From a virus, in IMG/VR virus record IMGVR_UViG_3300044729_003839, positions 58,966-122,965 of that record: a stretch of 64,000 nucleotides of DNA, one strand, 5' to 3'. Below the pieces are notes generated by a model. It ran no database searches and was not told the DNA's origin. It was given only the letters and a program-made list of their open reading frames with translations. Within the stretch, counting starts at the first letter, position 1. Each line of letters opens with the position of its first letter. A program made the position numbers and the translations under genes. Of the stretch, positions 49,406 through 58,567 are shown piece by piece.

Positions 49406-51133
49406 GTGGCGAAGTACGAAGATCTTAATCTCAAAGATTTAGAAAAATACTCTCAACCCTTAGACGAGATCCCTCTTGAGGTTCCTCAAGCAAAAAGGCC
49501 CTCTATAGTTGAGAGACTTTTAGGGACCCAGAGTTTAATGGAAAGGACGGGGTTTTTCACCCCTGAATTCGATTACTTTGGAGTATCAGATACAATCACC
49601 AGGAGAGGAGCACACCTATCGGTATCGCAGAACCTGGCAAAAATTAATTTTGTAAAGGGTACGTCTGGGGGGATGCAAAACCGCATCGCCTACATCCGGT
49701 ATTGGACGAGAAAAGGTACAGAGCAAAAGACTGAAACGTCTTCCGCTGTACAGACCTCTTCACCCTCGTCAAGCGCTCCGGAAAAGGCGAGTCAAGCCAT
49801 TGGCCAGGTACAGCCACTTTCATTCGATACTAGCAAGTTAGAGAGAGAATTAGGACAGACTGCCTCTGCAATAATCGGTCCCAGGACACCCTTTCCTTTG
49901 GGGCCTGAAACCCCTACCCCAAGGTCAAATCAATTTGATCTCCCTGGTACGCCAGCACCAGTAATAATAACACCTGCTCAGCCCCCCAAGCCCCCGGAGC
50001 AGCCAAGACCTATCTCTCCTGCCATTCCCGACCCAACTGTACGCGAACCCTTGCCTGCAGACTCAGGCAAAGTGTATAACGCGAATCCAGGCGCTCCCAG
50101 TACCATCAACCCGTCTATCGGCGGTGCGAGTTCACAAAGTGTATGGCAGTTTCTTTTCAACCCCGAAGAGCTGCAACTTGACTCCGGGCCGGACTATAAC
50201 CGGGCCGAGACTTGGGGTGTGTCTGATCCGGCAAATAGCGGCCAGCCCTTGTCCTGGAAATCAAATAAGAACAGAAAGCTTATATTTGGCAAGGTCTTGT
50301 TGACGGGCTATGTTATTGGCAAGCGGGTCGATTCTCTTGAAAGAGGTTTGCAACAACTGTTCATGGCACGGGATGGTGAGAACGGGGATGATGGACCTCC
50401 CGTACTCGAATTTGTTTGGGGAGCCAGGGTTTTTGGGCCTTGCGTAATCCAGAACATACGTGTCCGCGAACGAGCCTGGGACGCCGGAGCACTTGTCAAC
50501 GCAGAAGTATCTTTCGAGCTGGAGCAAGTGCCCGAATGGACGATTAACGACGGGTTTGTAGACATCGCTAGGCCGGGGAGAATGCCGCTGGTGAACGATC
50601 CGCTGCTGCCCAGGTCTGGTGTGGGGGTCCCGGCCGCACCCAGCACCGAAAGTACCTCGTCGGGAGCAACTCCTCCCCCTAAAGACCAAGAAGGAGGGGG
50701 TAATCCCAAACCACCTGTTTCTTACGACGCCAACAAATGTCAGAGGGCTTATTATTACTCGGGTTTATTCCCTACTTTTAGAACTCAAATAAACAACGTT
50801 AACATATTTTTTGACTCTAGAGATAAAACAAGAAGACTGTCTACAGAGTTTTTAATTAAATATCAAAACGCTGTTCAGGAATTAGGGACAGATTTTGCTG
50901 CACCAGGCCGAGCAACAGAGATATACAAAAGAATAGAAGACATTTTAAACCCAAATAGACCAGGTGGTAGATTTGATGGGGGTCAGATAAAGGGGTATAT
51001 TAACGGGTATATAGAAGAAGCTATTCAGGGAGCTTCTCGAATAGCTAATAATAGCGAAAAATGTCCCAATACTGCTGGCAAAAGTTCCCCGGGAATTAGA
51101 CCGGGAACAGTATCCAGTCCGACTAATTTATAA
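49406..51133 (+). CDS. Tail-tube initiator-like baseplate protein (CIS tube domain) with Pro-rich linkers
   Basis: QFLFNPEEL..PPVLEFVWG..CVIQNI..AEVSFELEQ; directly upstream of the tape measure. Confidence 0.7.
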   Translation: MAKYEDLNLKDLEKYSQPLDEIPLEVPQAKRPSIVERLLGTQSLMERTGFFTPEFDYFGVSDTITRRGAHLSVSQNLAKINFVKGTSGGMQNRIAYIRYWTRKGTEQKTETSSAVQTSSPSSSAPEKASQAIGQVQPLSFDTSKLERELGQTASAIIGPRTPFPLGPETPTPRSNQFDLPGTPAPVIITPAQPPKPPEQPRPISPAIPDPTVREPLPADSGKVYNANPGAPSTINPSIGGASSQSVWQFLFNPEELQLDSGPDYNRAETWGVSDPANSGQPLSWKSNKNRKLIFGKVLLTGYVIGKRVDSLERGLQQLFMARDGENGDDGPPVLEFVWGARVFGPCVIQNIRVRERAWDAGALVNAEVSFELEQVPEWTINDGFVDIARPGRMPLVNDPLLPRSGVGVPAAPSTESTSSGATPPPKDQEGGGNPKPPVSYDANKCQRAYYYSGLFPTFRTQINNVNIFFDSRDKTRRLSTEFLIKYQNAVQELGTDFAAPGRATEIYKRIEDILNPNRPGGRFDGGQIKGYINGYIEEAIQGASRIANNSEKCPNTAGKSSPGIRPGTVSSPTNL

Positions 51134-54100
51134 TGGCAATAACGAATCTCCAACTTAACGTCCGGGCGAATACCGCCCGTGCCCTAACCGACTTCAAACG
51201 GTTCTCTGCCAACCTGGACAATCAATTCCTGGTTAGCGGCTTGAAACTGGACGTTGTCCGCAGTGCGTTAAGCCAGATTAACCGTGAGTTTCAAAAATCT
51301 ATCGGAGAGCAAGGCCTTATTGGGGCTTCTTCGCTCCGTGCCGCTCAAAACCAAGCAGCGCTATTGACCCAGGTATTCAAAGGGTTTTCAAACGAAGCGT
51401 CTTTGAGTATAAGTACTCAGCTCGGGACCGCCCTAAATAACGTTGCTGTCAAAGCTGGCGGCACGATGAAAGACGTTCAGAGAACGCTTGCTGCAACTCC
51501 GTTCATAAGTAAGAACTTGCCAGAGGACTTAAGGCAAAGTCTTACAACGGGGATTCTAGCCTTCCAGCGAGATTTCCGCCGAGCCGGTATAGGGGACAAT
51601 TTTGGCGGGCTTGCTCAACAATTCCTATCCGGCAAAGTAATGGGCCGAGATCTTGTCAATTCCGGCGACCCGATGTCCGCCTTTTTGGGTTCAGAGTTGA
51701 TTAAACGGGCGGGAGGTCAGGGATTCATAGACAGTCCGGCAAGACGTACAGAGCTGTTAATGGAGATTGTTAACGATCCCGAGACAATCGCCAAGTTAAA
51801 AGAAATGGCGAAAAGGGCGGCGGGGTTCCGTATCGTCCTTGAGGATTTGAATACACAACTGTTTAACACTGAGTCAGGGACATTCGGCTCTTTGCGCAAA
51901 GTGATCGACAGGTTTGGCAAACAAACGACAATGTTTGATGAAGTCGATAAACTCATTAATCAAGTCTTCGGTCCCAGCGGATTGTTCAAAACTTTGTTCT
52001 CCAGCATCAAAGAAATATTTGGCATAGGCGACCCGCTGAGGCCGCTTATCGACGCGATCCAGTTCATGACTGGCATATTTGCCAAGATCACCGAGTACTT
52101 TAAGTCCGAACAATTCAAGACTATCCTGTTCTTGGTAAAAGACACTTTTCAAAGGGTTGTAGAATTCTTTACCAATGTGTACAACAGTGTAAGGCAAGCG
52201 ATTCCTGACGACGCTTTCACTCGTATAACGGGATTTTTTAAAGAAATACGTGACCAGATTACTTCGAAAAACTTCGACCCTACAAACATAATCTCTTTTA
52301 TTGAGGGAATTGGTAAAGGTGTTCGCGAATACATTCAAAAAATCGGTAAGTCGATACGGGAAAGGGATGATACCAGGGAGATGGGATTTGTGGCCGAGAT
52401 CGGCGCAAGCCTTCTCACCGAGGTAGGTAAAACGGCCATCGTCCTCGTCAAAGAGCTATTCCTAACCTTGGTAGACAAAGTACCCGAGATCGCTACTGCG
52501 GTATTGCCAGCTTTGAACAAAGGTATTAACTCTTTACTGACAGAGGCTTTTGGAGAAGTTGGCGGCAAAATCGTTAAGTTTATTGCCGGTTTCTTGCCAG
52601 GCCCGTTGGGGGCTGTGGCTAGGGCAAGTGCTGTAGGCGATGTAACGGGCGGTGGAGGTAACATGTTCAGCGCTTTGGCCATGGGCGCTGGTGCTTTGTT
52701 AGGTCCGGGAGCATTAATGGGTGGGGCAGGACTTTTAAGGAATATCTTTACTTCCAGGGGGAGATTCGGAATGCTCAATGCCCTAGGTAATAGGGCTATG
52801 GGTATTGAGACTCAATTCAATCGCAGGCTTTTGCTGACCGACCCTTTCACCGGTGTAAACGGGTTCAGTCCATTATCGCGGGGATTGATAGACCCGTTAT
52901 CTAGGAGAATGCGGCCATCAACCCCGTTCGCATCTACTATACCAGACCTATTTCCCCAGGCTTTAGGGACCCAAGTACAAGCTTATAGGGAAAGACAATC
53001 CTTGATGTACGGACTCTCCCAGGGGAGAAATATACCTTACTCGGGAATAAGACCATCGGTAGCAAATGTACCAATAACACCAACTCCTGGGGGGATTTTG
53101 TTTCCTAATGTAGCTATAGGAGGACCGCAAGAAGCTCAATTTAGGAGATGGGCCACTCAGGGTAGGCAAGTAAATGCTAATGCAGTTAGTAATATTGATT
53201 ACGAACTTCCAACCTTTAGAAGGAGAGATGTGATATCTAGATATGCCAGAAGGTATGGCACAAGGGCTACCATAAGAAGAGGTATATCAGATATAACTCC
53301 AGGGCTTATTAGACTACCAGCAGATGCCCTTTTGGGCGGATTTAGTGGTGAGGAATCGGCCACGCCCGGGTATTACTCCCGGAGCAGAAGTAATGTGGCG
53401 GCCAGATTTAACAGGAGGTATGGGTCTGGAGGAGCAAGAGCAGTTCTTGGGAGGGGTGTGAGGAGGTTTGGCAGAGGCGCCCTTATTGGCGGAGCTTTGG
53501 CCGGAGCCGGTGCCCTCGGACTCGGCATCTTTGGCGGACCGGGGGCACAAGCTGCTCAGTCCGGCTCGCTAGAGGCTGCGGGATCTGTCCTATCCGGGGG
53601 GTTCGAAGGGGCGATGCTAGGGGCGACTATTGGCTCTATCGTGCCAGGTATCGGAACGGCAGCCGGTGCGGTTATCGGGGGAGTTATTGGCGGTGTCGCC
53701 CCCTTAATGGACAAGGGAGTCAGAGACAAAATGGCCGAGTTTTTAGACTCTATAGGTCAAGGACTCCGTAGTACATGGAACAACTTCACCAAAGGATTTT
53801 CAGATCTAATGGACTGGGCAGGCAAAGGCCTTCAAAACGCCCTTAAGGCGATGGTCAACGGGTTTGTCGGCCTGCTAAACGCTACTTTATCCGCTGCAAC
53901 CGCCTTGCCCAGGACAATCGCCACTGTCATACAAGGTATTTGGGAACAAGCCCCCGGCCCGGTTAAGGACAAGTTGTCTGGTGTCGGAGAGTTGCTAGGA
54001 GCGGCGGTATCTGTAACTTCTTACCAAATCCCAACAATCAACAACAAAGGATTGAATTTCGCCGGTCCGGCGCTAGGCCTGGAAGCAAGAATGAGCGGAC

Positions 54101-54381
54101 GACAGCCCTTAGTTGTTAACGATGGCGAGTTCGTTATCCCGAGCAACGGCTTCGCCACTTTATCAAGTTTAGTGGGCCAGAACCTACGCAATCGTGAAGT
54201 CGTTACGAGTAGCGGCGGCCCGACCCAAATAAACATCAACCTGACCGTACAAACAAGCGCGTTCTTTGCCGATGCCGAGCAAATCGCCCGCGAACTCAAA
54301 CAACCCGTCATCACCATTATCGACGAGGCGTGGAAAGAATACGCCGATGTCCAAAACGTTATGAGGTCTAAAGTATCATGA
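51133..54381 (+). CDS. Tail tape-measure protein
   Basis: 1082-aa helical protein; N-terminal LQLNVRANT; GAMLGATIGSIVPGIGTAAGAVIGG; C-terminal EFVIP..ININLTV. Confidence 0.8.
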   Translation: MAITNLQLNVRANTARALTDFKRFSANLDNQFLVSGLKLDVVRSALSQINREFQKSIGEQGLIGASSLRAAQNQAALLTQVFKGFSNEASLSISTQLGTALNNVAVKAGGTMKDVQRTLAATPFISKNLPEDLRQSLTTGILAFQRDFRRAGIGDNFGGLAQQFLSGKVMGRDLVNSGDPMSAFLGSELIKRAGGQGFIDSPARRTELLMEIVNDPETIAKLKEMAKRAAGFRIVLEDLNTQLFNTESGTFGSLRKVIDRFGKQTTMFDEVDKLINQVFGPSGLFKTLFSSIKEIFGIGDPLRPLIDAIQFMTGIFAKITEYFKSEQFKTILFLVKDTFQRVVEFFTNVYNSVRQAIPDDAFTRITGFFKEIRDQITSKNFDPTNIISFIEGIGKGVREYIQKIGKSIRERDDTREMGFVAEIGASLLTEVGKTAIVLVKELFLTLVDKVPEIATAVLPALNKGINSLLTEAFGEVGGKIVKFIAGFLPGPLGAVARASAVGDVTGGGGNMFSALAMGAGALLGPGALMGGAGLLRNIFTSRGRFGMLNALGNRAMGIETQFNRRLLLTDPFTGVNGFSPLSRGLIDPLSRRMRPSTPFASTIPDLFPQALGTQVQAYRERQSLMYGLSQGRNIPYSGIRPSVANVPITPTPGGILFPNVAIGGPQEAQFRRWATQGRQVNANAVSNIDYELPTFRRRDVISRYARRYGTRATIRRGISDITPGLIRLPADALLGGFSGEESATPGYYSRSRSNVAARFNRRYGSGGARAVLGRGVRRFGRGALIGGALAGAGALGLGIFGGPGAQAAQSGSLEAAGSVLSGGFEGAMLGATIGSIVPGIGTAAGAVIGGVIGGVAPLMDKGVRDKMAEFLDSIGQGLRSTWNNFTKGFSDLMDWAGKGLQNALKAMVNGFVGLLNATLSAATALPRTIATVIQGIWEQAPGPVKDKLSGVGELLGAAVSVTSYQIPTINNKGLNFAGPALGLEARMSGRQPLVVNDGEFVIPSNGFATLSSLVGQNLRNREVVTSSGGPTQININLTVQTSAFFADAEQIARELKQPVITIIDEAWKEYADVQNVMRSKVS

Positions 54382-54881
54382 CGAGAAATAGGATCGACAC
54401 TCCCGAACTCGACAGGATCAAGAACAAATTCGCATTGCGCGACCGTCTCAACATGGAGAACAGGGATTCGCGCCAGAACCCTCAACTATTTTTTGATTCT
54501 TCCTCTACAAATTCATCATTACAAAACAACACGTTGAGGGGGTTAACTTACCCACTGCAACTCGACGGTAATGGCGGTATATCCACATCGTACGGATACG
54601 ACCGCATTGGTCAGGCCATTCAGGAGGTGTTAGAAACAAGGATAGGCGAGAGAGTGGGCAATCCATTTCTCGGAGTCCGAGAACTGCTGTTCGAAACATT
54701 AAGCGAAGACATTGAAGAGCAGAACATTAAAAAACAGATCTTAAGCGCGGTGCCGTACCTGTCTGAGGAATCTTTAAACGTCTCGTTGTCAATTGGCGAA
54801 GAGGGAACGTGTTATATCACAGTACGGTATGCGGTGGACTCGGGAGAGCAAATAATTACAGTAAGGACGTCAACCAGTTGA
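54378..54881 (+). CDS. Baseplate wedge gp25-like protein
   Basis: GLTYPLQL..IQEVLETRIGERV..LLFE. Confidence 0.85.
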   Translation: MTRNRIDTPELDRIKNKFALRDRLNMENRDSRQNPQLFFDSSSTNSSLQNNTLRGLTYPLQLDGNGGISTSYGYDRIGQAIQEVLETRIGERVGNPFLGVRELLFETLSEDIEEQNIKKQILSAVPYLSEESLNVSLSIGEEGTCYITVRYAVDSGEQIITVRTSTS

Positions 54882-54885
54882 AAGC
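54877..54885 (+). promoter_or_regulatory. Putative late promoter box GTTGAAAGC
   Basis: Contains the gp25 TGA; only 7 nt before ATG 54893. Confidence 0.7.
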
Positions 54886-54892
54886 TTGATAC

Positions 54893-55321
54893 ATGCGAAA
54901 TTCTTTACGCGATTTCTCTTGTCTCGGACGCGATGCCCAAGAGCTGATTATTAACCAGCTTAGCGAGATCGATTTGGATCGTATCGGCCCTAAATCTATT
55001 GCGCAGGTGGGTAAAAGTCTCATCCGTCTCATATCCCAAAGCCACCATTATCAGGAAGAAGTAGAAGATCAAGAGGTCAAAAATAACTGGCTTGCCGTCA
55101 GGGAAATGAGCCTCACGATCCTCGAAGAAATCCTTAAACGGTATCAGAAACTGTCCGAGCAGGCGGAAATCGCTGAGTGGGATAGGTCTGCCGTGCTGGG
55201 GATGCTGGCCGATATAAGTAAGGTGTGCCATGAAGAGCAGAGACGGACGGACGAACTCCTCCGCAACGAGAACGGTAAAGAGTTCAGCAATGAATTACTA
55301 GAGGAAATTTTCAGCTCATGA
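54893..55321 (+). CDS. Hypothetical helical late protein
   Basis: 142-aa acidic helical ORF behind a late box. Confidence 0.6.
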   Translation: MRNSLRDFSCLGRDAQELIINQLSEIDLDRIGPKSIAQVGKSLIRLISQSHHYQEEVEDQEVKNNWLAVREMSLTILEEILKRYQKLSEQAEIAEWDRSAVLGMLADISKVCHEEQRRTDELLRNENGKEFSNELLEEIFSS

Positions 55322-55491
55322 TGAACATGGATATGGCGCGTGCGGGGGGAGAAGGCATGGTCTCTGGCGATAAGCGTAAAGAGCAAGAGCAGGAAGCCAC
55401 TGTGACAGGTGGCGATAACCCTATCTTCTCGTCAGAGGAGAAAAAATTGAACATCGAAGTCCCGGAGGGGTGGAAGACTCAGGACAGTTGA
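55318..55491 (+). CDS. 57-aa acidic peptide ending in NIEVPEGWKTQDS (not in ORF track)
   Basis: ATGA coupling to the upstream gene; its stop lies inside the next late box. Confidence 0.6.
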   Translation: MMNMDMARAGGEGMVSGDKRKEQEQEATVTGGDNPIFSSEEKKLNIEVPEGWKTQDS

Positions 55492-55495
55492 AAGC
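55487..55495 (+). promoter_or_regulatory. Putative late promoter box GTTGAAAGC
   Basis: 28 nt before ATG 55524. Confidence 0.75.
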
Positions 55496-55523
55496 TTTTT
55501 ATATATTTGTCAACGTAAACTAA

Positions 55524-57851
55524 ATGGCTGCCGGAGATTCAAAAGAAGTCCTTCAGGAAAAGGCGAAAAAATCCAAAGCGATACAAGAAAATAGAATGCA
55601 AAAGCCGACCCCAAAGGGTCAGTTCAGGACGGATAATCCTTGCATTTTAAGGGACGGTAGTGTAGACCCTCAGTGCAAAAAAGTATATCAGAGATCAGTA
55701 GCTGGCAGGGAAAAGGGCGAAGATTTCGTCAAAAGTTTAGACGCCCAGGGTAAGAGCGAGAAAGATATCTTTATGGCAACTGTTCAAAAGCTTATGAACA
55801 GAAGCTTAGGGTATGTAGGAGCTTACTTAGACTCTAAAAATCAGTCTCGCAGGTATAACCAAAAAGAGGCAATGGCAATCGCCGATGCTATTATGAGCAA
55901 GGCGGGTGTGGGAGAAAACCCGGGAGCCAGATTAACCAAAGAGTCGGATGACTCTAAACAGAAAAGAGCAGAAACACGAGAACAAAATAAAGCAACCGGT
56001 GCTACTTTCGAGAAGGGAAAGAAAGCTTCTCCGATTAGGCAGCAAAGAAGAGAGCCGGGTGGCAGAGGGAAAGACGCACTGGGGATGCCCGAGACATGGC
56101 AAAAACCCGGATCCGGTGTGGACGAAAAAACCGGGCAAATTAGAAAAGAGGCGGGCCTTAAACCTACTGAGCCGGGAAAAGTAAAAAGCGATGTAGAAGT
56201 AGATGAAACCTCAGGCACTGCGGGGTCTCGTCCCCAGAAAAGAAAGCCTCCTGAGCAAAAAGTACCCCCCAAATCCCAGGGTATAGACCCTTCTTCCCCA
56301 GTTCAAAGAAGGCTTCAAGCACTTTCTAAAAAACCTGAGCCTACTCCCGAACAGAGAGAACGGCTAGATCTTTTAATGAAGGGCGTCGAAAAAGGAGAAG
56401 TTAGTCAGGAAGAATTTCAGGCAGAATTGCTAAAGATAATGTCTGAAGTAGAGAGTAGCGGTGGTGCTGCTAGAGAGGAGATTAGAGGTGATATCCGCAG
56501 GAAAAAAGAGGGCGAGGGTAGAGGTACCACAGGGGTGCCGATCCCGGGGAGTAAGGCTGCCAAACTTAGACAGGCTCAAGTTGATAAAAGGGTGGCCGAA
56601 GAAAAAGAAGAGATGCAGGCCAGGTTGGATAAAGCAAATGCGGTTAGAAAAGCTAAAACTCCGAAAGTAGATGAAGATTCTCAAATCTCCAAAGAGCTTA
56701 AAAAGGGCGGATTAGGAGCAAAACTAGAAACTTCTAGAAAAGACTGGCTTAAGGATGATGACGACGAAGGGGTAGAAGAAACGCCCCAGACAGAGTCTCA
56801 ACCTGAGGAAGTCCCGGCACCTGCTCAAAAAGAAGAGGGAGGTGCCCCGAGAGTTTCTGCTGAGACGGCTGAAGCTTTCGAACGCCTAATGCCGAATCTT
56901 TCAACAGAGCTAAATAAACAGATAGAGCTTCAGGCCAGGGTCAATTCTGGTATTAAAGTGGATCCTAATGCAAAGTTACTCCCTAAAATTGTAAGTCCAG
57001 GCCAAGCCGCTGCAGTTAAAGCCGAAGTAGAAAGACTCAAAAAAGACCCTGAGCAAATTAATTTCTTTATCGAGGAATCGATCTTTAACATTAAAGACCT
57101 CTATGACATAGAGGACCCTGATTTTGACAATCTAGCGACCCAGTACTTAAATAATTTCCTTTCTGGTGGTAGGCCTGCCCCGGCTGGACAGCAGCCGGAG
57201 CCAGAACCCCCAAGTCAAGAGCAAAAGGCTCCCACTTCTCCGCGAGAAACTCTCCCCGAAGAACGTCTTGGCCGTAAAGGCAAACCTGCCCCCTCCGGTG
57301 AAGGATTCAAAATCACACCTCAAGACGTGAGAAAAGTAAAACAGCCTTTGAAAAAAGCTATAGAGCAAGGTCTCTCTGCCAAAGAAGTTGCTAAGCAATA
57401 TACGCAAGGAACACTATTTCCTTCGGGACTCGTAACAGAAACTTCTGCGACCAACCCACTTGAAGGTGGTAGTTCTCCCGCTCAAGAATCCCCGGAAGTA
57501 CCGGAGTCCAGAAATGAAGAATTAGGCGGAAATCTTTTTGACGACCAAGGTAATCCTAATGATTTTAGAGGTAAACCTCCTGCAAGACGCGAGTCTACTC
57601 GTCAAATTCCCCTACCCTTAGGGAGAGAGAATACGGCACAAAAGCTTGCCGCCAGAGCGAAAGTGGAAGAGCGTCGTTTAGCTAAGGAGGAGAAGAAACT
57701 CGGCAAACCCCCCTCCAAGCCCAGAAAAGGAGGCCGGGCACCAGTTCAACCTAGTCTGTTCACAGCTAAAAAACAAGAACCTCGCAAGTTTAATACGTCA
57801 GAAATGTCGTACGAGGAATTTTCTCAATCCGTTCGATCACTACTCCGATAA
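55524..57851 (+). CDS. Large, highly charged, largely disordered late protein
   Basis: 775 aa, rich in K/E/P/G, low complexity; late box upstream. Confidence 0.7.
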   Translation: MAAGDSKEVLQEKAKKSKAIQENRMQKPTPKGQFRTDNPCILRDGSVDPQCKKVYQRSVAGREKGEDFVKSLDAQGKSEKDIFMATVQKLMNRSLGYVGAYLDSKNQSRRYNQKEAMAIADAIMSKAGVGENPGARLTKESDDSKQKRAETREQNKATGATFEKGKKASPIRQQRREPGGRGKDALGMPETWQKPGSGVDEKTGQIRKEAGLKPTEPGKVKSDVEVDETSGTAGSRPQKRKPPEQKVPPKSQGIDPSSPVQRRLQALSKKPEPTPEQRERLDLLMKGVEKGEVSQEEFQAELLKIMSEVESSGGAAREEIRGDIRRKKEGEGRGTTGVPIPGSKAAKLRQAQVDKRVAEEKEEMQARLDKANAVRKAKTPKVDEDSQISKELKKGGLGAKLETSRKDWLKDDDDEGVEETPQTESQPEEVPAPAQKEEGGAPRVSAETAEAFERLMPNLSTELNKQIELQARVNSGIKVDPNAKLLPKIVSPGQAAAVKAEVERLKKDPEQINFFIEESIFNIKDLYDIEDPDFDNLATQYLNNFLSGGRPAPAGQQPEPEPPSQEQKAPTSPRETLPEERLGRKGKPAPSGEGFKITPQDVRKVKQPLKKAIEQGLSAKEVAKQYTQGTLFPSGLVTETSATNPLEGGSSPAQESPEVPESRNEELGGNLFDDQGNPNDFRGKPPARRESTRQIPLPLGRENTAQKLAARAKVEERRLAKEEKKLGKPPSKPRKGGRAPVQPSLFTAKKQEPRKFNTSEMSYEEFSQSVRSLLR

Positions 57852-57856
57852 TTACC

Positions 57857-58567
57857 ATGGCACCACTTAAGTCCGGTACGTCCGAAGACGTAATCTCCGA
57901 GAATATCTCGAAACTCATGCACGAGGGCATGCCCCAAAAACAAGCAATAGCAGCCGCTTTGCGTAGTGCGGGCAAGTCGAAGTATGACACGGGTGAGGGT
58001 CGTGACCACGACGATGACGGGGACATTGACAGCGACGATTGGGAAATGGCCCGGGATAAGGCTATTAAAGATGAGATGGATGAAGAGTATTGCGAGTCCG
58101 AGACGGACCATGACGACCCGGAGGGCCAGATGGCACAAGGCGACTTGCGCAGCGCTGCTCGCAACGCGTTGCTAATCGATTCTTTGATAAACGAAGAATC
58201 TAATATTCCCGAGTGGATATCAAACAAACTCGCGATTGCCTCGGATTACCTAAATTCTGTCGCCCAATACATGCAACATACGGGCAAAGATAGAGACGTT
58301 GTATTTGCCGAGGAAATGCAGGGCCCGGGCCCATGTTGGAAGGGTTATGAAATGGTGGGTCAAAAAGAACTTAACGGTAAAAAAGTACCTAATTGTGTAA
58401 AGGTTAAGTCTTCCGATTCTTCCGAATGTGGAGATTCCAAATACGCAGAGGTAAAAGTGCCTGACGGCTGGAATGTTACTCAGTCCGGAGGAGTCCTCGG
58501 GCCTAAAATTACAAAATCCCAACACTTAACCGGTAATCAAGACGCTTCTACTCTAAATGACGAGTGA
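57857..58567 (+). CDS. Modular putative head/internal protein
   Basis: Concatenated small phage modules: PLKSG..ISENI..QKQAIAAAL; DHDDDGDID; EGQMA..PEWISNKL..DYL; CWKGY..VPNCV; VPDGW. Confidence 0.65.
   Translation: MAPLKSGTSEDVISENISKLMHEGMPQKQAIAAALRSAGKSKYDTGEGRDHDDDGDIDSDDWEMARDKAIKDEMDEEYCESETDHDDPEGQMAQGDLRSAARNALLIDSLINEESNIPEWISNKLAIASDYLNSVAQYMQHTGKDRDVVFAEEMQGPGPCWKGYEMVGQKELNGKKVPNCVKVKSSDSSECGDSKYAEVKVPDGWNVTQSGGVLGPKITKSQHLTGNQDASTLNDE

Noticed and set aside
22125-54881. Bacterial extracellular contractile injection system or T6SS locus
   Set aside because: Terminase, replication, nucleotide-metabolism and lysis genes are interleaved with the baseplate genes, which indicates a true phage genome.
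3450-55495. GTTGAAAG as dispersed CRISPR repeat remnants or solitary repeat RNAs (it matches the 3' end of cyanobacterial type V-K repeats)
   Set aside because: There is no conserved upstream repeat body or hairpin, no regular spacing and no cas genes. An invariant extra C and strict placement before start codons fit a promoter better.
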